Assembly (NCBI GenBank): GCA_964511245.1
Contig: CAZEEB010000001.1
Location: 1 to 40,027 of the forward strand
Source of the DNA: an uncultured Paludibacter sp.
GTDB taxonomy: Bacteria > Bacteroidota > Bacteroidia > Bacteroidales > Paludibacteraceae
DNA length: 40,027 nt
Reading direction: 5' to 3'
The notes beneath the pieces were generated by a model that worked only from the letters and a program-made list of their open reading frames with translations, was not told the DNA's origin and ran no database searches. Positions 1 to 7,789 of this stretch are shown one piece after another; position 1 is the stretch's first letter; each line of letters begins with the position of its first letter. Position numbers and translations under genes: made by a program.

Positions 1-1205
1 CCCAAACGCTGTGCCGGAGCAACCTGACCAAGTCCACCGTTGTTTTTATACGCCAGATTTTCAACGTATTGCTGAAACTTCAAACCTGCTAATTCGCCAT
101 ATTCCTGAAATTCAGCCGGAATATCTTCGGGACGAATTTCCACCACAATTCCTGAATTGGCATAAGGCGAATTGCGTTGCGAAGCAGACATACCGTTCAC
201 CACAATTTCGTTGGAACCACTTCCGGCTGGCACAATATGACCGCCCGGGCACATACAGAACGAATAAACACCACGTTCATTTACCTGATCCACAAGATTA
301 TAGCTTGCAGCCGGCAGATACGGTCCGCGTTCTTTGCAATGGTACTGAATACTGTCAATAAGCGATTGTGGATGCTCAACTCGTACTCCCATAGCAAAAC
401 CTTTGGCTTCGAGCGCAATTCCCTGATTGTGGAGCATCTCGTAAATATCGTGAGCCGAATGACCGGTAGCCAGAATCAAGGCATTTGCTTTGTAAACACT
501 ACCATCAGCCGTTTTGCAACCAATGACCTGATTATTCTCAATCAGAATTTCCGAAAGTTTTTGTTCGAAATGAATTTCGCCACCACAAGAACTGATGGTT
601 TTGCTGATATTTTCAATTACTACTGGCAATTTATCAGAGCCAATATGAGGATGAGCGTCAAAGAGAATATCTTCTGCAGCACCGTGATGATGAAAAACTT
701 GCAGAATTCGGTCGGTATTTCCTTTCTTTTTAGAGCGTGTATACAGCTTTCCATCCGAAAATGTTCCGGCCCCACCTTCGCCAAAGCAATAATTGGAATC
801 AACTTCAATTCCTTTGTTCCGATTCAGTTTGGCAATATCCACTTTGCGGTCGTGGGCATTTTTCCCACGTTCCAGAATTATGGGTTTTAATCCCGATTCA
901 ATAAGTTTGAGTGCAGCAAACAATCCCGCGGGACCGGCACCAATTATCAAAACCGGTTCTTTTGTTCCAACAAACTTATAATCAAACTCCTCTTTAGGAG
1001 CTTCAGGTGCTACTTCATCCCAGTAAACATCAACAGTAATATTCACTTTGGGTTGAAATGAGCGGGCGTCAATTGATTTCCGTATGGTTCGTAAGCGTGT
1101 AATTCGTTGAGGAGAAATGACCAGTTTATCAGCAACTTGCTTTGTAAGTAAATCTGATTTGTATGCTTGTTCTGGGGTTAGAATTAACTGAAGTTCGGTT
1201 CGCAT
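1..1205 (-). CDS. FAD-dependent oxidoreductase/dehydrogenase (uncharacterised, COG2509-like), 3' end runs off the window
   Basis: Hand translation from ATG at 1205: MRTELQLILTPEQAY...RKSIDAR...VLIIGAGPAGLFAALKL...ILERG...SNYCFGEGGAGTFSDGKLYTR...ATGHSA...VRVEHPQ...YSFCMCPGG...VVNGMS...ANSGIVV, open to the window edge. Absent from the ORF track because there is no stop in the window. Confidence 0.9.
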   Translation of the reverse strand, partial: MRTELQLILTPEQAYKSDLLTKQVADKLVISPQRITRLRTIRKSIDARSFQPKVNITVDVYWDEVAPEAPKEEFDYKFVGTKEPVLIIGAGPAGLFAALKLIESGLKPIILERGKNAHDRKVDIAKLNRNKGIEVDSNYCFGEGGAGTFSDGKLYTRSKKKGNTDRILQVFHHHGAAEDILFDAHPHIGSDKLPVVIENISKTISSCGGEIHFEQKLSEILIENNQVIGCKTADGSVYKANALILATGHSAHDIYEMLHNQGIALEAKGFAMGVRVEHPQSLIDSIQYHCKERGPYLPAASYNLVDQVNERGVYSFCMCPGGHIVPAGSGSNEIVVNGMSASQRNSPYANSGIVVEIRPEDIPAEFQEYGELAGLKFQQYVENLAYKNNGGLGQVAPAQRL

Positions 1206-1229
1206 TATTTTATTTCAAAATTTATAGTA

Positions 1230-1237
1230 CAAAGATA
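1230..1237 (-). promoter_or_regulatory. Bacteroidetes -7 promoter element (TATCTTTG) for the FAD oxidoreductase
   Basis: Matches TAnnTTTG about 25 nt upstream of the ATG at 1205. Confidence 0.55.
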
Positions 1238-1359
1238 CTGAAATAATGCGGTTATAAAAAGTCATGAATTTCCAATAATACTTATGAATGTAGCCAAATC
1301 GAAGGAAAAACGTTAAAAACTATAAAGTGTTTAATGTATTTTTTAACTAATAAATTCAA

Positions 1360-2730
1360 CTATTTTCTAAACAAAACACGAAATGCCTCTTCTACTTTTT
1401 TTACACGAATTATTTCGATATTTAGTTTTGTGAGATTAATACTTTTCAGATTAATATCGGGAATAATTATCTTTTTGAAACCGAGTTTTTCGGCTTCAAG
1501 TATACGTTGTTCAATACGATTAATTGGTCTTATTTCACCCGAAAGTCCTACTTCTCCTGCCATACAAAGCTGTTTCTCTATTGCCAAATCAACGTTTGAC
1601 GAAAGTATAGCAGAGATAACAGCCAAATCAATAGCCGGATCATTTACTTTAATACCACCGGCAATGTTAAGAAAAACATCCTTCTGTGCAATTTTAAAAC
1701 CAGCTCGCTTTTCTAAAACAGCAAGTAACATATTTAAACGGCGAAGATCAAAACCTGTGCTTGAACGCTGAGGTGTGCCGTATGCAGCTGAGCTAACCAA
1801 AGCTTGTACTTCAATCAGAAACGGCCTAATGCCTTCGATAGCCGAAGCAATAGCAACGCCGCTAAGTCCTTCATGATTTTGTGAGAGCAATAATTCTGAC
1901 GGATTGCTAACTTCGCGCAATCCATTTTGTTGCATTTCGAAAATACCAAGCTCAGAAGTACTTCCAAACCTGTTTTTAATCGGTCGTAGTATGCGGTACA
2001 TATAATGTTGATCGCCCTCAAATTGCAAAACGGTATCTACAATATGCTCCAACACTTTTGGACCTGCAATACTCCCTTCTTTATTGATATGACCAATTAA
2101 CAAAACTGGAGTAGAAGTGGTTTTACAAAATTTCAACAGATTAGCAGTACATTCACGTACCTGTGAAACTGAACCGGGCGAAGATTCAATCATTTCGGTG
2201 GATACAGTTTGAATTGAATCAACAATAACTACATCGGGTTGAATATTTTGAATATGTACAAAAATTTGTTCCAGAGAAGTTTCGCTTACAATATAGCAAT
2301 CAGGATTATCAAATTTCAATCGCTCTGCACGAAGTTTAAGTTGTTTTACACTTTCTTCGCCCGAAATATAAAGCGTTCGTTTTCCTTTCAAATTGAGCAC
2401 TACCTGAAGCACAAGTGTGGATTTACCAATACCCGGCTCACCACCAATCAGTACTAAGGAGCCAGGAACTAAGCCGCCACCTAAAACCCGATTTAACTCT
2501 CCACAGCCGGTATCAATTCGAGTTTCTTCGTCGGTTTCCACATCCGAAATAAGAATTGGCTTTTGTTTTGTGATTTCAATTCCGGCAATCTGGAATTTCT
2601 GAACAGCATCTTTGCTTACAATTTCTTCCACATAGGAGTTCCACTCACCACAAGATGGGCATTTTCCAATCCATTTGGGTGAATCAACACCACAATTCTG
2701 ACATATATAAACTGATTTGGATTTAGCCAT
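1360..2730 (-). CDS. radA: DNA repair protein RadA/Sms
   Basis: N-terminal C4 Zn finger (CQNC...CPSC), Walker A GGEPGIGKST, KNRFG motif, Lon-like C-terminal domain (GEVGLSGEIR). Confidence 0.98.
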   Translation of the reverse strand: MAKSKSVYICQNCGVDSPKWIGKCPSCGEWNSYVEEIVSKDAVQKFQIAGIEITKQKPILISDVETDEETRIDTGCGELNRVLGGGLVPGSLVLIGGEPGIGKSTLVLQVVLNLKGKRTLYISGEESVKQLKLRAERLKFDNPDCYIVSETSLEQIFVHIQNIQPDVVIVDSIQTVSTEMIESSPGSVSQVRECTANLLKFCKTTSTPVLLIGHINKEGSIAGPKVLEHIVDTVLQFEGDQHYMYRILRPIKNRFGSTSELGIFEMQQNGLREVSNPSELLLSQNHEGLSGVAIASAIEGIRPFLIEVQALVSSAAYGTPQRSSTGFDLRRLNMLLAVLEKRAGFKIAQKDVFLNIAGGIKVNDPAIDLAVISAILSSNVDLAIEKQLCMAGEVGLSGEIRPINRIEQRILEAEKLGFKKIIIPDINLKSINLTKLNIEIIRVKKVEEAFRVLFRK

Positions 2731-2799
2731 TCGATTGTAAAATATAATATTATCAGCTAGTAAACTTCTATTAAATTAAATTAAATTTAATTTAAACTA

Positions 2800-2807
2800 C
2801 AAATTTA
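2800..2807 (-). promoter_or_regulatory. -7 promoter element (TAAATTTG) for radA
   Basis: TAnnTTTG match about 70 nt upstream of the radA start. Confidence 0.5.
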
Positions 2808-2992
2808 ATCAAACCAATCGGAACTACAAAAAGTTGTGAAATTGGGTTATTTCTTTTTTTGAGGTTTATTATTTTTTATTTGGGAAACGGCTACCTTCCG
2901 TTTGTTAACAAAAAATTTGCTTTCGCTTTGCCGCCCTCTTGTTCAGCCCTAAATTTTTTAGAATAATGCACGACGCCAAGCTTTCATATTAT

Positions 2993-3421
2993 TTATTTAT
3001 AATCAGACAATAATACAGTTTGAATTTTACTTTTTTCAGTTCCTTCAAGCCTTGAAACACAATTTTGAATGCGTTTTCGGAACTTCCAACAAGTCATTTG
3101 ATTTAAGCCCAATTGGTCGGAATAATTGTAAGTCGAAAAGTCATTGCCCAATACACAGACATTGTAGGCAATGTAAAAAGCTTTGTTGATAGGAAATTTA
3201 ATATTGTGAAAAATAGTGTTCGCTGCAGCCGATTCTTCTTTTTTGCAACGAGTACAACGGCGCGACGATGCTGTTTTTCCATCGCAATAGTTGGTATGAC
3301 CGCAATTTCGACAGGCATAACCATTTTTCCATTTGAGGTCGGCAATAAATTTCAAAACTTTTTCGTTATCGGAAAAAAGTTCTTGTGCAAGTTCCGGCGA
3401 AATTTTATCTTTAAATAACAT
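2993..3421 (-). CDS. IS1595-family transposase N-terminal Zn-ribbon/HTH-like protein, no DDE catalytic domain
   Basis: LKWKNGYACRNCG...RRCTRCKKEESAAANTIFHNIKFPI matches the IS1595 N-terminal Zn-ribbon pattern, followed by an HTH-like segment (YSDQLGLNQMTCWKFRKRI). The ORF ends at 142 aa. Confidence 0.8.
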   Translation of the reverse strand: MLFKDKISPELAQELFSDNEKVLKFIADLKWKNGYACRNCGHTNYCDGKTASSRRCTRCKKEESAAANTIFHNIKFPINKAFYIAYNVCVLGNDFSTYNYSDQLGLNQMTCWKFRKRIQNCVSRLEGTEKSKIQTVLLSDYK

Positions 3422-3463
3422 GAATATCAGATATTTGAAACATTATTGATTTAAATTCGACGA

Positions 3464-3543
3464 CAAAGATATAAAAAATATTAGTGCTATCAAAATAATT
3501 TATCAGTGATACTATTGTAATTCAAAAAAAGTTTCTACCTTTG
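3464..3543. promoter_or_regulatory. Back-to-back promoters: TATCTTTG (-, 3464-3471) and TACCTTTG (+, 3536-3543)
   Basis: Two TAnnTTTG elements facing the divergent genes, with the palindrome TATCA-G-TGATA (3501-3511) between them. Confidence 0.6.
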
Positions 3544-3596
3544 CAGCGTCAAACGAAAAACTCAAACTTAAAACACAAATAATAAACACAAAAAGT

Positions 3597-3914
3597 ATGT
3601 TAGAAACATTAAAAAAATTATTCGGTATTGCTCCAAAAGCAGATTTTACTGACTTAGTTAATCAAGGAGCAATAATTGTAGATGTACGCAGCAAAGCTGA
3701 ATTTGCAGGAGGTCATATAAGTAGTTCGGTAAACATTCCACTCGATAAACTTGTTGGGAGTATAGGCAAATTTAAATCAAAAAATCAAATCATCATTACT
3801 TGTTGTGCATCCGGATCGAGAAGCGCCACAGCAAAGTCTGTACTAAGCTCGCGTGGTTTTATCAATGTATATAACGGCGGAAGTTGGATGAGTTTGGATA
3901 GAAAAATAAATTAA
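3597..3914 (+). CDS. Single-domain rhodanese (sulfurtransferase)
   Basis: IVDVRSKAEFAGGHI...NIPL...CCASGSRS...VYNGGSW rhodanese motifs. Confidence 0.93.
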   Translation: MLETLKKLFGIAPKADFTDLVNQGAIIVDVRSKAEFAGGHISSSVNIPLDKLVGSIGKFKSKNQIIITCCASGSRSATAKSVLSSRGFINVYNGGSWMSLDRKIN

Positions 3915-3922
3915 AAAACAGA

Positions 3923-6196
3923 ATGGAAAAGATAGTGATAATTGGCGGAGTGGCAGCCGGTGCAACAGCCGCTGCAAAGGCTCGTCGCATTTCGGCTGAT
4001 GCTCAGATTACAATGATTGAAGCCGGGCAGGATATTTCATTTGCTAACTGTGGTTTACCCTACTTTATTGGTGGCGATATTCAAAGTCGTTCAAAATTAA
4101 TATTGCAAAGTCCTGAAAGTTTCAATGAGCAGTATAATGTTGATGTTCAAATAAACACCCGGGTAATTTCAATTGACAGGCAAAAGCAAAGCATTGAAAC
4201 AGTAAATAACCGGGGCGAACAAAAAACAGTAGAATACACTAAATTAATTTTAGCTCAGGGCGGTCGTCCAATCAAACCCGCATTACAAGGTGCTGATTTA
4301 GAGCATGTTTTTAGCCTTTGGACGCTCGAAGACATGGATAAAATAAGCACTCACATTGATACAAAAAATCCTAAAAATGCGGTGGTTGTAGGTGGTGGGT
4401 TTATTGGACTTGAAATGGTTGAAGCTTTAGTAAAACGTGGATTGAAAGTGAGCGTGGTGGAAATGATGCCTCACGTAATGGCAAATATGGAAGCTGAAAC
4501 GGCTGGATTTATTGAAACCGAGATGCTTTCGTACGGCGTAGAAATTAATACCGGAGTGGGAGTTACTGAAATTTCAAACCAAGCCGTAAAGCTGGATAAT
4601 GGAAAAGTTATAGCTGCTGATATGGTGTTGCTGTCAATCGGCGTTCGACCTACTTTACAGCTGGCAAAAGAAGCAGGCCTGGAAATGGGTGAAGCTGGCG
4701 GCTTACTTGTTAATGAGCGACTTCAAACCAGCGACCCTTCAATTTTTGCAGCGGGCGATATGGTGGAAATTGAACATCGGGTTAATTCAAAAAAAGTGCG
4801 CATACCATTGGCTGGTCCTGCCAACCGACAGGGACGAATAGCAGCTGAAAATGCATTGGGTGGAAATCATGTGTATCAGGGGGCATTGGGAACTTCGGTG
4901 GTAAGGGTATTTGAAGCAGTTGCCGGAACAACCGGATTGACATTAAAACAAGCACGAACACTGGGTTTGGATGCTGATGCTGTGGTGGTACACAAAGAAC
5001 ACCATACAAGTTATATGCCCGGAGCAGAGACGGTAAGTATCATGCTGATATACGACAAAAATACAGGAGTAGTATTAGGTGGTCAAACCGCCGGATATAA
5101 AGGTGCAGATAAGCGTTTGGATGTTTTAGCCACAGCTGTGGCATCAAAACTCACTGTGAGCGATCTGGCTGACATTGATTTTGCATATTCACCACCCATT
5201 GGAACAGCAAATGATGCCATGAATATGGCAGCATTTACTGCCGAAAATAAAATATCCGGCTTTAGTTCGTCAATAACTGCGGGCGAACTTGATGCTTTTG
5301 TAGAAGAAAAAAAACCGATATTTTTGGATGTACGCGATGTGTTTGCTTTTCGGAAAAGTCACATTGAAAATGCTATTCATATTCCACTTGAATTACTTTT
5401 AACCCAAATCAGTACAATACCTACCAATCGTACCATAATGGTATACGACGAAACAGGCAAGAAAGGACATCAGGCACTTCGCACCTTGCTTGGAGCTGGC
5501 TTCAGCAATGTAATTAACGTTTCAGGCGGACATATTTCTATGCAGCGGCAAGCTCAAGCCATAGGTTTTAAAAATATAGATTTAGCACTTTTGCCGATTG
5601 TACAGAAAAAAAATGCTGAGAAATCAATTGAAAATGAAGTGAATATAGAAACCAAAAATGTAGTGCAAAATTCTCAATTAATTGTTGATGTGCGTACTGT
5701 AGCCGAATTTAGAACCGGTGCATATCCTGATGCATTGAATATTCCGTTGGATGATTTGATGCAGAGGCGTTCTGAATTTGGAACTGATATGAAACGGGAC
5801 ATTGTGGTTTATTGTGCATCGGGCGGTAGATCGGCTTATGCTCAAAGGCAACTGATGCAAATGGGTTATAGCAATGTAACAAATGGTGGGGGATTATCTT
5901 CAATGATGGCAAAATTAAACAAGCCATCAGCACCACCCGAAGCGTCAAATACCCCATTAATCGTTGATGTTCGCACTCCGGCAGAATTTGCAGGAGGAGC
6001 ATTTCCTAACGCTGTAAACATACAACTTGATGAATTGCCATCGCGTGTGAATGAACTTGGTGATAAATCGCGCGAAATTACACTTTATTGTGCTTCTGGT
6101 GCCAGATCGGCGTATGCTCAACGCATATTAATACAGCTTGGCTTCAACAATGTAACAAACGGAGGTGGATTGATGCAAATGATGAGTAGAAGGTAA
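3923..6196 (+). CDS. CoA-disulfide/persulfide reductase (CoADR-rhodanese, Npsr-like) with three C-terminal rhodanese domains
   Basis: FAD motif GGVAAG, redox Cys in SFANCGLPY, NAD motif GGGFIGLE, FAAGD, AYSPP, then three DVR...IxL...GG rhodanese repeats. Confidence 0.92.
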   Translation: MEKIVIIGGVAAGATAAAKARRISADAQITMIEAGQDISFANCGLPYFIGGDIQSRSKLILQSPESFNEQYNVDVQINTRVISIDRQKQSIETVNNRGEQKTVEYTKLILAQGGRPIKPALQGADLEHVFSLWTLEDMDKISTHIDTKNPKNAVVVGGGFIGLEMVEALVKRGLKVSVVEMMPHVMANMEAETAGFIETEMLSYGVEINTGVGVTEISNQAVKLDNGKVIAADMVLLSIGVRPTLQLAKEAGLEMGEAGGLLVNERLQTSDPSIFAAGDMVEIEHRVNSKKVRIPLAGPANRQGRIAAENALGGNHVYQGALGTSVVRVFEAVAGTTGLTLKQARTLGLDADAVVVHKEHHTSYMPGAETVSIMLIYDKNTGVVLGGQTAGYKGADKRLDVLATAVASKLTVSDLADIDFAYSPPIGTANDAMNMAAFTAENKISGFSSSITAGELDAFVEEKKPIFLDVRDVFAFRKSHIENAIHIPLELLLTQISTIPTNRTIMVYDETGKKGHQALRTLLGAGFSNVINVSGGHISMQRQAQAIGFKNIDLALLPIVQKKNAEKSIENEVNIETKNVVQNSQLIVDVRTVAEFRTGAYPDALNIPLDDLMQRRSEFGTDMKRDIVVYCASGGRSAYAQRQLMQMGYSNVTNGGGLSSMMAKLNKPSAPPEASNTPLIVDVRTPAEFAGGAFPNAVNIQLDELPSRVNELGDKSREITLYCASGARSAYAQRILIQLGFNNVTNGGGLMQMMSRR

Positions 6197-6235
6197 GCTC
6201 ATTCTGACGATTCTGCATTCGAAAATATTTAAAAT

Positions 6236-6278
6236 AAAAAATGCTGAATTCCCAAAAACCGGAATTCAGCATTTTTTT
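6236..6278. terminator. Bidirectional intrinsic terminator
   Basis: AAAAAATGCTGAATTCC-caaaaacc-GGAATTCAGCATTTTTT perfect inverted repeat with T-tracts on both strands, between convergent genes. Confidence 0.9.
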
Positions 6279-6300
6279 GTGTTGTTCGAACAGAAAGAAA

Positions 6301-7620
6301 TTAATATATTTTTTCGCCCATTGCAATTTTCAAACGCTGCAAATTGGCTGAATAATCAATTTTTGTTTTGTAAAGCGTCAGCTTACTTTCAGTAAGTGCT
6401 GTGTAGCTATCCAGCAAATCTAAATGAGTAATAGTGCCCGTTTTATAACTAATTTCGGCTAAATTATAGGCTTGTTCAGCTTGCTGCAACTGGAGTTCCG
6501 ATTGATTCACTTTCTTGAGCGCAGCCTCTGAATTGGCTTTGCATTCAAGCACTTCATTCGTAATATTTCGTCGGATTAATTCCGATTCGTGTTTCATGCC
6601 TTCCAATTCGGCATTAGCTTGAATTTTTAAAAATTTGGAACGATTGGCATCAAATATTGGTACTTTCAGACCCACACCAACAGCAAAATTGAATTTTCCT
6701 ACATCCTGAAAACTATCATTCAAATATCCATTTTTAAAACCTCCTGAAGCAAAAGCATTTAATGCAGGATTATTTTGAACCTGAATTACTTCAATTCGTG
6801 ATTTTGAAAGTTCTTCTTTTTTTAACGCCAGTTTAAGTTCATTTCTATTACTAAACGCCTTATTTACAAGACTATCAAGTGACGGTATAAGTTGTTTCGA
6901 TTGGATTTCCTTTTTTAATAATACCGGATTTTCGGGCGATTTTCCTAAAAATGAATTTAACTGACCAATTTGGATTTGGAGTGCAGTTTGTAAATCAGTT
7001 TTCTGATTTGCAAGAGTTGAAATACGTACTTTGGTTGTCAAAATATCATATTGAATTGCCGAACCGGTGGCCGCTTTTTTTTGCACGTAATCCAGATGTA
7101 AATTCAATGTTTTCAATTGTTCATCTTTAATTAGAATGGCTTCCTGCAAAAAACTGATTGTATAATAATTACTCATCAACGCCATTGATAAACGCTGTTT
7201 TGATTGTTCGACAGAAAGTTCTGTCAGCGCTTTATTCTTTTCGTCAAAAGCCACAGATTTTAATGTTTTGCCAAAATCATAAATATTTTCATTTAGCGAA
7301 ACTGTTGCATTGTAAACATTTTCGGGAAATAATTGGAGTATTTTTCCTCCAAAATTTATGGATGTTACCGGTCCAATGCGGGAATAAGAGCTTGCAAAGT
7401 TAATGTCAGGCAGATAAGCCGTCTTGGTTAACCCTATTTTGGCATTCGCCATCTCAATTTCCTGTTCAGCTTTCTTAATTGCCGGATAATTTGAAATTAC
7501 TTTATTGATAATTTCCGAAAGTGAAACAGAATCTCCGGCAAGCTTTGATGTTGTTTGCCCATGAACAGTTACAAATGGCATAATAAGCAAAAAGAATCTA
7601 AATTTATTAATTAATTTCAT
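6301..7620 (-). CDS. TolC-family outer membrane efflux protein
   Basis: Signal peptide from MKLINK (ATG at 7620, preferred over 7671), two OEP-like repeats (AYLPDINF..., NPALNAF...VGLKVPIFD), last gene of the efflux operon. Confidence 0.92.
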   Translation of the reverse strand: MKLINKFRFFLLIMPFVTVHGQTTSKLAGDSVSLSEIINKVISNYPAIKKAEQEIEMANAKIGLTKTAYLPDINFASSYSRIGPVTSINFGGKILQLFPENVYNATVSLNENIYDFGKTLKSVAFDEKNKALTELSVEQSKQRLSMALMSNYYTISFLQEAILIKDEQLKTLNLHLDYVQKKAATGSAIQYDILTTKVRISTLANQKTDLQTALQIQIGQLNSFLGKSPENPVLLKKEIQSKQLIPSLDSLVNKAFSNRNELKLALKKEELSKSRIEVIQVQNNPALNAFASGGFKNGYLNDSFQDVGKFNFAVGVGLKVPIFDANRSKFLKIQANAELEGMKHESELIRRNITNEVLECKANSEAALKKVNQSELQLQQAEQAYNLAEISYKTGTITHLDLLDSYTALTESKLTLYKTKIDYSANLQRLKIAMGEKIY

Positions 7621-7789
7621 ACGTTTATTTTTAATTAGTTGTCGTATTGAACTCGCAATGAACATGGTCATTTTATTTAAATGCCTATTTTAATGCTCGT
7701 TTCATATTTGTTTTTTTATTTATTGTGAAATAGAACTCACAAAAAACAAAATTCTGCACAGTTCGATTCATCGTTTTTTTGAACTTAAA

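Noticed and set aside
11-981. Plus-strand ORFs 11-361, 177-890 (237 aa) and 793-981
   Set aside because: Antisense shadows of the minus-strand FAD oxidoreductase, which carries all the conserved motifs.
2810-3596. Active IS1595 element
   Set aside because: No DDE domain, no convincing terminal inverted repeats or target duplication.
7621-7671. Longer TolC start (MTMFIASS...)
   Set aside because: The signal peptide and A-rich leader fit the ATG at 7620 better.
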